The notes under the pieces: generated by a model
Told to the model about the DNA's origin: nothing
Databases searched by the model: none
The model's input: only the letters and a program-made list of their open reading frames with translations
Program-made: the position numbers and the translations under genes
NCBI GenBank assembly: GCA_009914755.4
Contig: CP086569.2
Location: 7,904,001 to 7,968,000, forward strand
Source of the DNA: the human T2T-CHM13v2.0 reference genome, Homo sapiens
Reading direction: 5' to 3'
DNA length: 64,000 nt
In this document: piece by piece, positions 37,453 to 50,370 of the stretch
How the letters are laid out: every line of letters starts with the position of its first letter
Numbering within the stretch: the first letter of the stretch is position 1

Positions 37453-38048
37453 GGTAGAGTTTCACTCTATCACCCAGGCTGTAGTACAGAGGCTTGATCT
37501 CAGCTCACTGCAACCTCTGCCTCCAGGGTTTATTTTTTTATTTTTTTTATGTTTTTGAGACGGAGTCTCCCTGTCGCCCAGGCTGGAGTGCAGTGGCGCG
37601 ATCTTGGCTTACTGCAGGCTCCGCCTCCCGGGGTTCACGCCATTCTCCTGCCTCAGCCTCCCTAGTAGCTGGGACTACAGGCGCCCGCTACCTCGCCCGG
37701 CTAATTTTTTGTATTTTTAGTAGAGACGGGGTTTCACTGTGTTAGCCAGGATGGTCTCGATCTCCTGATCTCGTGATCCACCCGCCTCGGCCTCCCAAAG
37801 TGCTGGGATTACAGGCGTGAGCCACCGCGCCCGGCCGCCTCCAGGGTTTAAGCAGTTCTCTTGCCTCAACCTCTTAAGTAGGTGGGATTACAGGTACACA
37901 CCACCACTCTTGGCTAATTTTGTATTTTTAATAGAGATGGGGTTTCCACATGATGGTCAGACTTGTCTTGAACTCCTGACCTCAGGTGATCCATTGCTTC
38001 AGCCTCCCAAAGTGCTGGAATTACATGTGTGAGCCACCACTTCTGGCC
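37453..38048 (-). mobile_element. Older Alu (antisense) split into 37453-37532 and 37837-38048 by a nested younger Alu
   Basis: The left part ends …cactgcaacctctgcctccagggttta. The right part resumes gcctccagggtttaagcagttctcttgcctcaacctc…gtgctggaattacatgtgtgagccaccacttctggcc. The 14-bp gcctccagggttta is duplicated on both sides of the insert. Confidence 0.8.
37533..37836 (-). mobile_element. Young Alu (AluY-like, CpG-rich), antisense, nested in older Alu; TSD gcctccagggttta at 37519-37532 and 37837-37850
   Basis: tttttttattttttttatgtttttgagacggagtctccctgtcgcccaggctggagtgcagtggcgcgatcttggcttactgcaggctccgcctcccggggttcacgccattctcctgcctcagcctccc…ggcgtgagccaccgcgcccggcc. There are many intact CpGs. 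Confidence 0.85.
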
Positions 38049-38332
38049 TTTTTTTTTTTTTTTTGATACAAGTTCTTGCTTGGTTACCCAGGCTGGAGTG
38101 CATTGGCACAATCTTTGCTCACTGCAGCCTCTATCTCCCAAGCTCAAGCTATCCTCCTGCCTCACCTCTGACATAGATGGGACTACATGTGGCCACACCA
38201 CCCAGGCTATTTTTTTTGTATACTTGTTTAGTGATGACATCCTCTATATTGCCCAAGCTGGCATCAAATTCCTGGACTCAAAATGTCCTCTTAGTTTAAG
38301 CTCCCAAATTGCTGGAATTACAGGGGTGAGCC
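38049..38332 (-). mobile_element. Old Alu (AluJ-like), antisense, poly-T tail 38049-38064
   Basis: tttttttttttttttgatacaagttcttgcttggttacccaggctggagtgcattggcacaatctttgctcactgcagcctctatctcccaagctcaagctatcctcctgcctcacc…ctggaattacaggggtgagcc. Confidence 0.75.
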
Positions 38333-40148
38333 AATGTAGACAGACTTGTCACTTTTTAATAACATTTTAAATGTCACTCTGCAAAATTAACAAGTCAATT
38401 TTTACTTATGAAATTCCAAATTCCAAGTCAAGTTCAGCTAGATTTTCATAAAAAGGTAAAAATTAAACAAAACAATACAAAACCCTACTTTTTCATTTGT
38501 TCTGACGGGAGCAGAGAAGTGGGAAGGAAAACCTCTCTACATTGCTTTACAAAACTAGACTGTAAAGAGAATGTTCCTCATATAGCTTTTGTCAGATCTA
38601 AATTCCTATGAAGTTATCATCAGAACCATCATCTCTGATGTGGATTAAACATCTTATAATTAGTAGTGTGTACAATTGTGATTATAGTTATTCCTTGAAC
38701 CATAATATTAAAAATATGAACCTTTTTTTTTTTAGAACTGCTACCCTAATAAGAAAAGTAACTGTTGATCTGATATAATAATTTGTGGCACAGACAGCCA
38801 GCATTCTGAACTATTCAGGTTCTTCAGATAGCCCAAGTGCTAAGAGCTGAATGGGAGTCTGGACATCTTGGAGGAGTAGTAATGCCAGGGCATTTCTTGC
38901 TGCCCCACTCACCAACTGGAATCTTTCATGCAGTAGAATGGTAGACACCTTCACAACTCTCAGTGGTGTCCCAGGGTGCCTCAGGTCCAGAATCAAAGCA
39001 GTGTCTTCAGGATTCCTGTGTGCATAGGCAAAGATTTATTACAGTACACTCATTAGAAAACCTGAACCTTAAACCTACATCAGGTTTTCCAGCATATTGC
39101 TTTAGTCATGATACACAAGGTCCCTAGCTCATCTGCAGAGAAATCAGAAATCTATTAATAAAGAGTCCACAGACAATGAGATTGCAGAGGAATTAACTAA
39201 CAGAGGTACTAATAAGCCAAACACAGTGCGGCAATTTATTTTTAGCCTAAAACAAAAATGTTATCTGTATAAGTGAGATGGTCATGCATGATTTTCATCT
39301 TTGGGCTATTGTTAATAGTGCATCTGTGAAAATTCATGGACAAGTTTGTGTATGGATGCATTTTTCTTTTTTTGGTTTGGCCTAGGAAGGCAATTGCTGG
39401 ATCATATAGTACTTCCGTGTCTAACCAAGACACAGAAGTACTGTGTAAAGGAACCACCAAATTGTTTTCTAGAGTTCTTGTAGCATTTTACATTTTTCTC
39501 AGCAAATTATGAAGGTGGTAATTTGTCTACATTTATGTAAAAACTTGCTGTTTTCTTACTTTATTTTTAAGCATATTCATCTTGAAGTATGTAAAGTCTA
39601 TCTTATTTTAGATTTGATTTGCTTATACTTTTTTGAGGAAATGTCTATTGAAATAATTTCCTCATATTTCAATAGACTTTGGTCATGGCATTGAAGGTCT
39701 GATTTGTATCTTTTTTTGTGTATTTGTCATAGTAGACTTTTAGAGATAAATAATTTAAAAATATTTTCTTCGGTCTTTTGAAGTCTTTCTTGTAGTATTC
39801 TTTGAAGCTACAGAGTTTTCAATGTAGACAAAATCATATTTTTTTACTTATTTCCAGACTTCTACTTTGATTTGCTTTTTTTATTGTGGCAGAATGCACA
39901 TAAAATAAATTTTTTCCCTCTTAACAGATTTTACTTTTCCTGGTCACTGGCATAATATTCATTTACAGTTTGTGCATCACTTTCTTCAAAAGTTTATCAC
40001 TTTTTATTTTTTAAATTAAAACTTTCTATTCATTAATAATAATTCCAACATAGTCTCATAGTCATTAGAGGGTGTTGATTTGGAAACTTTGTTTGATTAT
40101 TTCATTCTGGCAGTGTATTTTTTCCTTTCAGTCTTCTAAAAAAAAAAT

Positions 40149-40560
40149 GGGATACATGTACAGAATGTGCAGATTTGTTACTTAGGTATATGTGTGCCAT
40201 GATGGTTTCCTAAACCTATTGACCCATTGTTTAAGTTCACTCCCCTTGTCCCCCATTCACCAACAGGCCCTGGTATGTGTCGTTCCCATCTCTGTGAATG
40301 TGTGTTCTCAATGTTCAGCTCCCATTTATCAGTGAGAACATTCAGTGTTTAGTTATCTCTTCTTGTGTTTGTTTGCTGAGAATGATGGCTTCCAACTTCA
40401 TCCATGTCCCTGCAAAGGACATGATCTCATTTCTTTTTATGGTTGCATAGTATTCCATTGTGTATGTGTACCACATTTTCTTTATCCAGGCTATCACTGA
40501 TGGGCACTTGGATTGGTTCCATGCCTTTGCTATTGTAAATAGTGTCTAACAGTGTATTTT
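40149..40560 (-). mobile_element. L1 3'-end fragment (3'UTR + ORF2 C-terminus), antisense, older subfamily
   Basis: gggatacatgtacagaatgtgcagatttgttacttaggtatatgtgtgccatgatggtttcc…ctgagaatgatggcttccaacttcatccatgtccctgcaaaggacatgatctcatttctttttatggttgcatagtattccattgtgtatgtgtaccacattttctttatccaggctatcactgatgggcacttggattggttccatgcctttgctattgtaaatagtg. Confidence 0.8.
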
Positions 40561-42654
40561 TGTATATAAACTTTAGCAATTCTATTTGGAAGCCTATTAT
40601 TTCTTATTTTTTGCCTAATTGTTTCAGGATAACAATTATTATGTCAAAAAGAAGTAGTGAAAGTAATAGTTCTGAGTTTTTCCTGATATTAGAGAAAAAA
40701 CTTTTAGTCTTTTATCATTAGAACCTTACCTTAGACAAGCTTGTTTAATCCACCTTATTTCATTGTTGTTGTTGTTTTATTTTGTTTTAGGCTTTTAGCA
40801 GCTTGAAACCATACTTTTTAGTTTCTGTCTCCAGCAACAAAGGGAAGGTAGGGATGAGGAAGGAGATTTACTGGCGCATACAGAAATGAAAACTAAAAAT
40901 TCATGACTGTATTCTCTCGCTTAGACACCACTGCCTTAGATCATATATAAATATTTACTCAATATAAATCAAAGCTGAACCTAAAAAAGGCAACTTTAAA
41001 AGTTTTAGAGAAGAATTTATGATATTGAATTCTGCAATGATTTCTTGTATTACATCAAAAGTAGAGGTGACCAAAGAATAACTAAATAAATAACTTAGTA
41101 TTCTGATATTCAGTGAAAATATCTCTTAGTGGGATATAAATTTATTCTAAAAGAAAAAAGAATCTCCTAAAGGAATTCTTAAATTCTATAGAAAGTTTTG
41201 GCAGATAGGTAATTATTGTAGTCTTAATTTTCCTTTCTATTTTTTAAAAACTTCTATGAGTATTGAAAGTAAAAAGAATATCAAATGGATAGTTTAACAT
41301 AAAATAAAGTAAATATGAGTATTGAAAGTAAAAATAACATCAAATGCATACTTTGCTATAAAGGGTTTAATATGTTTCACAATTCTAACATTCATTTGGA
41401 AAGATAAGTGGTTATTATCTAGCTGTGAAGCTTCTGTATTTTGCTGGAAGTGGTAAAACATTAACACTAAATAATAATATATTAATAATTTTTAAAACAA
41501 ATGTTTAATAGTAATACAAAGAGATACAAAGATGGAAGGTCAATTGACACATTGAGAGGGAATACTAAACTATGTTTAAATAATTTACAAGGAGACAAAA
41601 AAGTTCATATTCCCAGATACAAACAGTAAAATAACAAAACAGTATACCTTAAATTCAGTTGTATTAGTAGTAATACATAATGTAAATTGGTCTTGGTAAA
41701 AAAACAAATGCTCAGATAAGATTAGACAAAACAAGTCTCCATTACATGCAATTATATTAAATCTTTAAGTCACCAACTTTATATTTAATGCTATACATTA
41801 AAGTTACAGTGAGATATCAAAGCTGACAGTAAATGGGTATAGTTATGAAAAGACAACCAGAAAGGCCCTTTGATGTTGGGACTGTTTTGTATCTTAACAT
41901 GGTGATGGACACACAGACACATACTTAATTCTGTATGTATGTTTAATTGACTATATCTGTGTAATAATAACTAAAATAAATAAATTACACAGATAGAGAC
42001 AACTAAACACACATACAGAAATAAGTATTAAAAAACTAGAGAAATTTGAAAATCTAAGATTTTCAAAATTTTAAAATTTTAAAATTGGGTAAAAGTTACC
42101 TATTATTTCTTAAAATAGATTAATAGAGAAAACATTATCTCTATTATTTATTAAAACTCTATGTAATTCTACAATTAACTCAACTTTTTTTCAAAATCTA
42201 AGATTGGAAAAAGAAAATAAGCAATCACCACTTTTGAAAACAGTGTATTGAATAGGTACTGTAAAGCTAAATAAAAAACCATACAGAAATACTAATCTCA
42301 CCAATTCTAGTTCCAAGTGTTACCAATACCGAAACTACTTTAGATGTTTATTAGGAGTGAACAAAGCTAGTTGTAGATAATTACAGTTTAGATTATAATT
42401 TTTGGAAAGATAAGATACAGGTAAGGGAAGTTAGATGGCTTAAGTGACCCTATGATATTCAACTGTAATCATGGCTATTGTGTGGACACATATACATATG
42501 TGTACATATGTATTTAAATTTAGACATATACATACAGATATGCACAGTAATCAAGGTATGTGTATATCAGCATTGACAAATGGTGTCTTCTAGACATAGA
42601 AGAATTTCCCTGCAAACAGAAACATTTTTACTTCCTCGCTTGCTATTTGCATAC

Positions 42655-43700
42655 AGTTTATTTCTTTCTCTTGTCCGATTACCCTGGACAAACTTACGAT
42701 ACTATGTTGAATAGGAATGGTGAGAGAGGTCATCCTTGTCTAGTGGCTGTTTTCAAAGGGAATGCTTCCAGCATTTCCCCATTCAGTATGATATTGGCAG
42801 TGGTTTTGTTATAAGTGGCTGTTACTATTTTGAGGTATGTTTCATCAATACCTAGTATACTGAAAGTTTTTAAAATAAAGAGGCGTTGATTTTATCAAAT
42901 GACTCTTCTGCACTTACTGAAATAATCATGTGGTTTTTGGCCTGAGTTCTGTTTTTATGATGAATGACATTTATTGATTTGCATTGCATATGTTGAATGT
43001 GCCTTGTGTCCTGGGATGCAGCCAACTTGATTATAGTTGATAAGCTTTTAGATGTGCTGCTGGTTTCAGTTTGCCGGTATTTTATTGAGTATTTTTGGAT
43101 CAATGTTTATCAGGAATATTGACATACAGTTTCCTTTTTTGGTTGTATTGCTGCCAGGTTTTGGTACCAGATTGTTGTTAACCTCATAAAATGAGTTAGG
43201 AAAAAATCTCTTTCTTTCAATTGTTTGAAATAGTTACAGAAGAAATGGTATCAGCTCCTGGTTGTGTCGCTGATAGAATACAACTCTAAACCCATCTGGA
43301 CCTGGGCTTTTTTTGGTTGGTAGACAATTTATTAATGTCTCAATTTTAGAACTTATTATTGGTTTATTCATGGATTCAATTTCTTCCTGGTCCAGTCTTG
43401 GAAGGGTTTATGTGTCCAGGAATGTATCTGTTTCTTTTAGATTTCCTAGTTTATTTGCATAGAGGTGTATAAAGTATTATCTGATGTTGGCATTTCTGTG
43501 GGTCAGTGGTGGTATCCTGTTTATCATTTTAATTGAATTATTTTTTTCTACTCTCTGTTTTTATTAGTCTAGGTACCATTGTATCTATTTTATTAAGTTT
43601 TTTGAAAAAACAACTCCTAGATTCATTGATTTTTAAAAGGATGTTTCTTGTCTCTATCTCCTTCAGTTTCACTCTTATCTTGATTACTATTATTATTATT
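42655..43700 (-). mobile_element. L1 ORF2 (RT to EN region) fragment, antisense, older subfamily
   Basis: …ctatgttgaataggaatggtgagagaggtcatccttgtctagtggctgttttcaaagggaatgcttccagcatttccccattcagtatgatattggcagtgg…gataagcttttagatgtgctgctggtttcagtttgccggtattttattgagtatttttgg…ccaggttttggtaccagattgttgttaacctcataaaatgagttagg… is the reverse complement of L1 ORF2. Confidence 0.8.
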
Positions 43701-44112
43701 ATTTTAATACATTAAGTATAAGATTGAAAAATATCCGGAAATATTTATTTGGAGACATTTTCTTACAATTTAGAAGCAAATGAAGCCATTCAAAAATTTT
43801 GCCATAAACCCCATCCACATGTACTGATTTCCACCTGCAAAATCTAGCCCTGACTTCCTCTTCTTCTGGTAAAGGAACCAGACCAGTTACTGAATTCTAT
43901 AGTCACCTCTAAGTAAGTACGTCTTCTCTTCACTGTTGGTGTGAAATAAGGAAAAATGAATGTGAGTTTAGCCAGGCTGTCCATGAAACAGGCACAGTCA
44001 TCACGGGCACACAGTTGTGCTGCCTGGTGTTCCCCACATATGTGGCCTGCAGATACTGTGTTTGATTTTGTATAGTCTGTCCTATCCAAATGCAAAAAAA
44101 AAAAAAAAAAAA

Positions 44113-44425
44113 TGAAGAACTGAAATAATAACAGTCTCTCTGACCACAGAACAATCAAACAAAACAATCAAAGTTAAGAAGCTCACTCAAAACCACACAA
44201 CTACATAGAAATTGAATAGCTTGCTCCTGAATGACTTCCGGATAAATAGTGAAGTTAAGAAATCAACAGGTTCTTTGAAACCAATGAGAACAAACAGAGA
44301 ACATACCAGAATCTTTGAGACACAGAGCTAAAATGTGTTAAAAGAGAAACTTGCAGCACTAACTGCCTACATTTAAAAGCTAAAAAGATCTCAAATTGAC
44401 ATTAACATTAAGATGAGTTAGCTAG
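44113..44425 (+). mobile_element. Ancient L1 (L1M-type) ORF2 fragment, sense
   Basis: Translation …SLSDHRTIKQNNQS…[28 protein letters not shown]… resembles the L1 ORF2 EN/linker region (…[43 protein letters not shown]). Confidence 0.5.
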
Positions 44426-45833
44426 GTGGCCTTAGGTAGACAGCAGTGGAAGGGTCCCCAGAGACCCCATGATTCATGGATCAGTGTCTCCTTCTCACAT
44501 AACATAAAAAGCAGCCTGAGGAAAAAAAAAAGCTGCAGGCACCAAGAAGAAAACCAACATAGGGGTTCTTCCTGAAGACATGCCTTTGGCTGAAGAGATA
44601 AATGGATCTCAGACACGTTCAGATAAAAATGTGCACAAACCTCCAGCTCACTCAGATAATAAAGCAAGGTCTGACATAACATGCCTTTGCTCTTTGTATA
44701 ATCAGCAGGCTTCCAGAAGAAAGTTTCTTTTCCATTTTTGGGCATAAACATAATGAGCTCTGGTGGGTTCTAGTGAGACTTTCCTGTTTTTTTGTTATTT
44801 ATTTATTTATTTATTTTTGATTGAGAGCCTGGCCTGTATGAATAACCACTTCAGCCCTTGATTCCCTGATTGGTCCCAGTCCAACATCTCATCTCAGGTA
44901 AAGCTTTCATTGCAGCTCCTGATAGGCCCTGGCCCAGGCTGAGCAGCTTCTGTGACTCACCATTTTAGCCCCACATTGGTCCCAGGCCAAACATCGTGAT
45001 TGGTCCTAGGCCAAGGTCTCAAGCCAAGCTCAGTCACACATTCTCCAAGGCAGCCCATGGACTAAGCATATTTCTTCTCTCTACCAGTTACATATATAAT
45101 ATATATATATCACATATATAATGTATATTGCATATTTAATATATATTACATATGTAATATAGTTATATATATAATATGCATATGTTTGTGATTTGGAGTC
45201 CTATTTTGTATCCTATTAGTTTTTACCTTGTGTAAGGAACTTTACATATATTTTTACCCATTGAAAGGATACTGAAAAATTGTATGGTTACTTAACTAAT
45301 GAAGACATTTCCGAACTCTGGGATAATTGTTGTTTTTAAGTAGTAGGTATATAGTTAATAAAATCATTCATACCTTTTTCATTATATCATAATTTTGTGG
45401 TTTAATGTCTCATCTGAGAAGTAATTTATTATTTTTTATATTAAAATCAGAAACTGTCACCTTTCACTTCTCTGAATTATTTTAATTTTGTCATGTGGTA
45501 TGGTTTAACATTTCATTCTGTTGGTTTTCAGATGCACATCTCTGTGTAATACCAAATGCTAACAATTACTGTTGTCATAAATGAAGGTCAGCATTTCTGC
45601 CTAGATTTGATAAATAATTTTCTTGTTTTAGCTATAAAAATATAAAAAGAATGCATCACAAAGATATTCAATATAGCTCCCTGGCTACACTGATGAGTCA
45701 TAATCTGAGACTGAGACTGCGTGCGATAAAATTTAAATCACAGATATGATTTACTTTGCAAATCACAGCATATTTTATGCTTTTATTCACAAAATGCCTT
45801 ATTTTTCAGGCAATAGAAACTAGTAAATCAAGA

Positions 45834-46099
<266 letters not shown>

Positions 46100-46414
46100 C
46101 TAAGCCAAGATTTTGTAGTTAAGCACATTAATGAATGATAGTCTTCTACACATTTATATATGTAACCTATATCTATCTATCTATTGATAAAAGCTAAAAG
46201 CATGGGATAAAATATGTAAAATATTAAAGAAATGAGACATTTATGCTCATTTATATAAAGACTCAACATTGCCAAGATGTCAGTTCTCTCCACATTGATA
46301 TGAAGGTTCAAAAACAATTCCAATTAATATCTCAGATATAATTTTGTGGATTTTGACCAATTGATTTCTAAAACATATATGGAGAATTAAAAATAGAGAA
46401 TAGCTAACTTATTA

Positions 46415-47420
46415 TTGAAAAAAGAAGAACAAAGTTGAAGCATTGACATCATTATACTTCAAAATTTACTATAAAGCTACAGTAATCAAAATTGTGTTAC
46501 TGATGAAAGAAATGACAAATAGATGATGTGAAAAAAGGTTAATCTGATTGATCACTTCAGCTAAGAAGAAATACAGTTGTCAAATTAGCATATGAAAGGA
46601 TGATAAACATCTTATGTTATTGGGGAGTTGTGAATGTGATAGTAAATTAAACATAAAATTGCAAAAATTGAAAACCTGATAACAGCAAGTTTAGAAGTAT
46701 GTTTGGTAGGCTTTGTTTTGTTTTGTTTTAACAAAACTAAACCAACTCTTTTGATCTCATCCAGCAGTCTTGCTTCTTGGAATTTACCCAACTAAATTAA
46801 AAACATGTTTACGTCAAAATCTGCATATGGATGTTGTTCTATAGTAGGTAAGTGGATCAACTTTGGTTTATGGAATATTTATGGAATACTATGCAGCACT
46901 AAAACAAAAAGAGCTTTCAAGTCATGAAAAGACATGAAGGGAACTTAAATGTATATTTACAATGAAATAAGCCAATCTGAAAATGCTACATACAGTATTT
47001 CAAGTATATGACAATCTAGAAAAAAATTATTGAAGAAATAAGAAGATTAGTGGTCTCAATGGTTTACAAGGAAGGGTGGAATAAATAGGCACAACTCAGG
47101 TGATTATTAGAGCACACAATGGTGAAACTGTTGTGTATAATACTACAATTTTGGTATGTTTTATTACATGTTTGTCAAAACCCATAGAATGTACAACAGT
47201 AAAAGTGAGACCTAATGTAAACTGCATATATTGACTGACAATGTATTGATGTAGGTTTATGAATTGTAACAAACATATCAGCATCATCAGAAATGGTGAT
47301 AGTGGGGAAGGTTGTACATGTGGGGACAGGGTGTAAGGGAGCTTTCTGTACTTTCTACTCAATTTTGTTGTAAGGCTAAAACCACCCTACTCAGATGTAT
47401 TGATTTAAAAACCTCAGTAA
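46415..47420 (+). mobile_element. Ancient L1 (L1M-type) ORF2 C-terminus + 3'UTR, sense
   Basis: cattatacttcaaaatttactataaagctacagtaatcaaaattgtg ([12 protein letters not shown]); …cttgcttcttggaatttacccaactaaattaaaaacatgtttacgtcaaaatctgcatatggatgtt (LLGIYP…); ggaatactatgcagcactaaaacaaaaag (EYYAAIK…). A long diverged 3'UTR follows. Confidence 0.6.
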
Positions 47421-47564
47421 TTAGGAGCTATATTTCAGTGCAATATTCATAAATAACTATTAATAAAAAATTAATGTTGAACAAAATCTTTTATGGAAAG
47501 ATAAGATCAGTGTCAATATTAATGCTAAGCTAAGGAATATTGAAGCAGGAATCAAAATAAATAA

Positions 47565-47835
47565 TCAGTAATATAGAGTGAAAGAACAATGCATGGAAAG
47601 GGATACCAGTGGGTTGCTGCTGACTGGGGTGGCTAACTTTTATTCCCTTATTTGTCTCCGCCCATGTCCTGCTGATTGGTCCATTTTACACAGTGCTGAT
47701 TGGTCCATTTTACAAACTTCTAGCTAGCCAGAGAGCGCTGATTGGTGCGATTTCACCAAGCACTGATTGGTGCATTTTACAAACATCTTGTAAGACAGAA
47801 AACTTCCCCAAGTCCCCACTCAATCCAGGAAGTCC
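47565..47835 (-). mobile_element. Truncated LTR12/ERV9-type LTR fragment (U3 CCAAT-repeat units to R), antisense; probable 3' LTR of the adjacent proviral remnant
   Basis: Reverse complement reads …gtaaaatgcaccaatcagtgcttgg…cgcaccaatcagcgctctctggctagctagaagtttgtaaaatggaccaatcagcactgtgtaaaatggaccaatcagcaggacatgggcggagacaaataagggaataaaagttagccaccccagtcagcagc…. It is homologous to 51.5-51.65 kb of the LTR12 at 50.4-52.0 kb. Confidence 0.55.
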
Positions 47836-49800
47836 AGCTGGCTTCACCTCTCACTAGTAGGAATACCCTCTATTCCCACCATCAACATCATGTTGCTACT
47901 TCTGGATGAGTGACTATTTATTCTTTTAAATAGGTAGTGGCAATCTTCCAAAAATTTAGATTTAGGTTTCAGTGTCCTCCACTGGGGCCTGCAACTTATA
48001 AGAAACAGATTTATTCCTGGACAATTGTATCCAACTAGGTATGCCCTAAATTTTAAAAGGACTGGGATAGTCAACAACACCTGATAGGGGGCTCTTCTAT
48101 TTTGGTTGTAATTTATTCTCAGGGGATCCTCCTTTCAAAATATGTAGGGAGATGAAGTTTCATGGTGAATAGGAGGTCAGTTAATTGCCTTGGAAGAGGG
48201 ACCAATACTTTTTGTCCATAGGCTTGGAGGACTTTTCTAACCTGGCCTAAGTTGACAATATCTGTCAACTTATGACTCAACTATATATCTCTTTATTAAG
48301 CAGAAGATCTCAAGCTAAACATGGCCTCACATAACTCCTCTCAAATGGATTGTTTGGGAGGTTTTTTAAGGATCATTCCTATGTGTATAAAGACTGGCTA
48401 AGAGAGGAACTTGGATCTCTGAGGTCTCCTGACATGGCTTAGCTAATGTCTTTTCAAAACATGATTAGCTTTTTCTATTTTACATGAGGAATGAGTACTC
48501 CAGGGGGAATGAAGGTGATAAGTAATGCCAAAGGCTGAAGGAAAGCTGCTGCGTTACTTTAGCTGTGAAAGTAGGGCCATTATCATCACTCCGCAGAATT
48601 TCAGGTAATCAAAACTTTGCAGTTGATCTCATTAAGTAAAAATTTGGACACTCATAATGCCTTCTCTGTCCTTGGGGGAAAAGCCTTAATTCACTTGGTT
48701 GAAGGTGTCTATAAGTACTGGCGAATATTTCCATCCCTGTACAGTTGTATGTGATAAAAATCTATTTGCTGGCCAGGCATGGTGGCTCATGCCTGTAATC
48801 TCATCACTTTGGGAGGCCAAGGCAGGTGGATCATGAGGTCAGGAGATCAAGACCATCCTGGCCAACATAGTAAAACCCCATCTCTACTAAAGATACAAAA
48901 ATTAGTTGGGGGTGGCGGTGTGCACTTGTAATACCAGCTACTTGGGAGGCTGAGGCAGGAGAATCATTTAAACCCAGGAGGCAGAGGTTTCAGTGAGCCG
49001 AGATCATGCCACTGCACTCCAGTCTAGTGACAAAGCAAGACTCCATGTCAAAAATAACAACAAAAAATTCTATTTGCCAGTCTTCCCAGGGTACGTCTCT
49101 CAATGTTGTAAAGGTTTGAATAGAGGTAGGGGTATGGAGTAGCTTCCTGAATTATTACAACACAAAATTCACAGGTCCTGGACATCCTCTTTATAGTCTA
49201 GAATAGTTTATTTCCTTAAATGATTTGAGAAAATAACTTGTATATTGAGACCTGTCCCAAAGGAGGAGTTACATAAAGGCTTAACTGTCTTTCATTGCAT
49301 TGCCTCAGGGAGAAAGAGTTTTGTTGCTTTCTAGTAACCATCCTGAAAGACTCTTTTGTAATGCTTTTGTTCTGCCCATTAAATTTCTTCATGGGTATAG
49401 TGTGGTGTCCCAGACATGGGTGCAGTACCTGGCATTTGCCAGTGGGCTGTAACAATGGTGCCTCTTTAGATGTGGCCTTAGCTGTTTTCTCTCCCAGAGA
49501 ATTTCCTTTGACAATAGAAAGGCCTTCTTTTTAGTGCCTAGTGCACTGAATCACCGAATCACCGCTAACCTTCTTTAGGAGCTGGACAGCTAGTTATATG
49601 CAAACACTACACCATTTAATGCCAAGAAATTGAGAATCTGCTGATTTTGGTATCCATGGAAGTCCTGAACCAATCCCCCACTTATACTGAGAGAGGATTA
49701 TGTATACTTCAATATCACACAGATCACAATGGAAGTAAAGCCTGCTTTATCACTCAAGTAATTGGCCTTCCTGTGGCTTTCTCTTACAGGTAGGTAGGTA
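47836..49800 (-). mobile_element. Endogenous retrovirus internal remnant (env / integrase / part of pol), antisense; interrupted by an Alu at 48771-49067
   Basis: Reverse complement of ~48540-48600 translates to ILRSDNGPTFTAKVTQQLSFSL…, the D,D-35-E region of retroviral integrase (…SDNGPAF…). Minus-strand ORFs 49216..49455 and 47844..48080 are present. The extent beyond ~49.6 kb is uncertain. Confidence 0.5.
48771..49067 (+). mobile_element. Alu (full length) with 9-bp TSD tctatttgc
   Basis: …aaaatctatttgct|ggccaggcatggtggctcatgcctgtaatctcatcactttgggaggccaaggcagg…caaaaataacaacaaaaaa|ttctatttgccag. Confidence 0.85.
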
Positions 49801-50370
49801 ATTTCAACTTTGACATCTTAATACTAAATCTAGAAAATTTTCTAAGTTTTCTTGTTAATATATATGTTTTGTATATTCTTTGAAGTTGTCCATGTAGATA
49901 ATCAAGTCATCTACAGATGAGGAATATTTTACTTCTTTCTGCAGAATTCTTACATGCTAAAATATTATTAGTAGTATTTATCATATACTATGTTAAAAAT
50001 CTCGAGGAGAATATTGAAGAGAAATGGTAATAGTTAACCTTCTAATCTTTCTTGTGATTTCGAAGGAAGTACTCTCAGATAAGGAACACTTTCCTTGTTT
50101 GCACTTTAATGTCTTATTATAAATAGCTACTATGTTTTATTTGATGCTTCTGTATTCACTGATGTAATTCTATTTTTTACTACTTTATATTAGTATAATG
50201 CATTAAATTAATAGATTTTCTTAAGTTGCACCACTCTTTTCTCTATGAAATAAATTTAGTGAAGATGTGTGGTTATGATGTATAACCCTACATCTGTTTG
50301 CTTGTTTATATGGTTTGGCTCTGTTTTCACCCCAATCTCATGCTGAATTTTAACCCTTATATTTTGGAGG

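Noticed and set aside
44820-45060. Threefold recurrence of tgattggtcc(c/t)ag(t/g)ccaa… within ~200 bp.
   Set aside because: It is short and degenerate. It is possibly part of an old unclassified repeat. The evidence is insufficient to call a feature.
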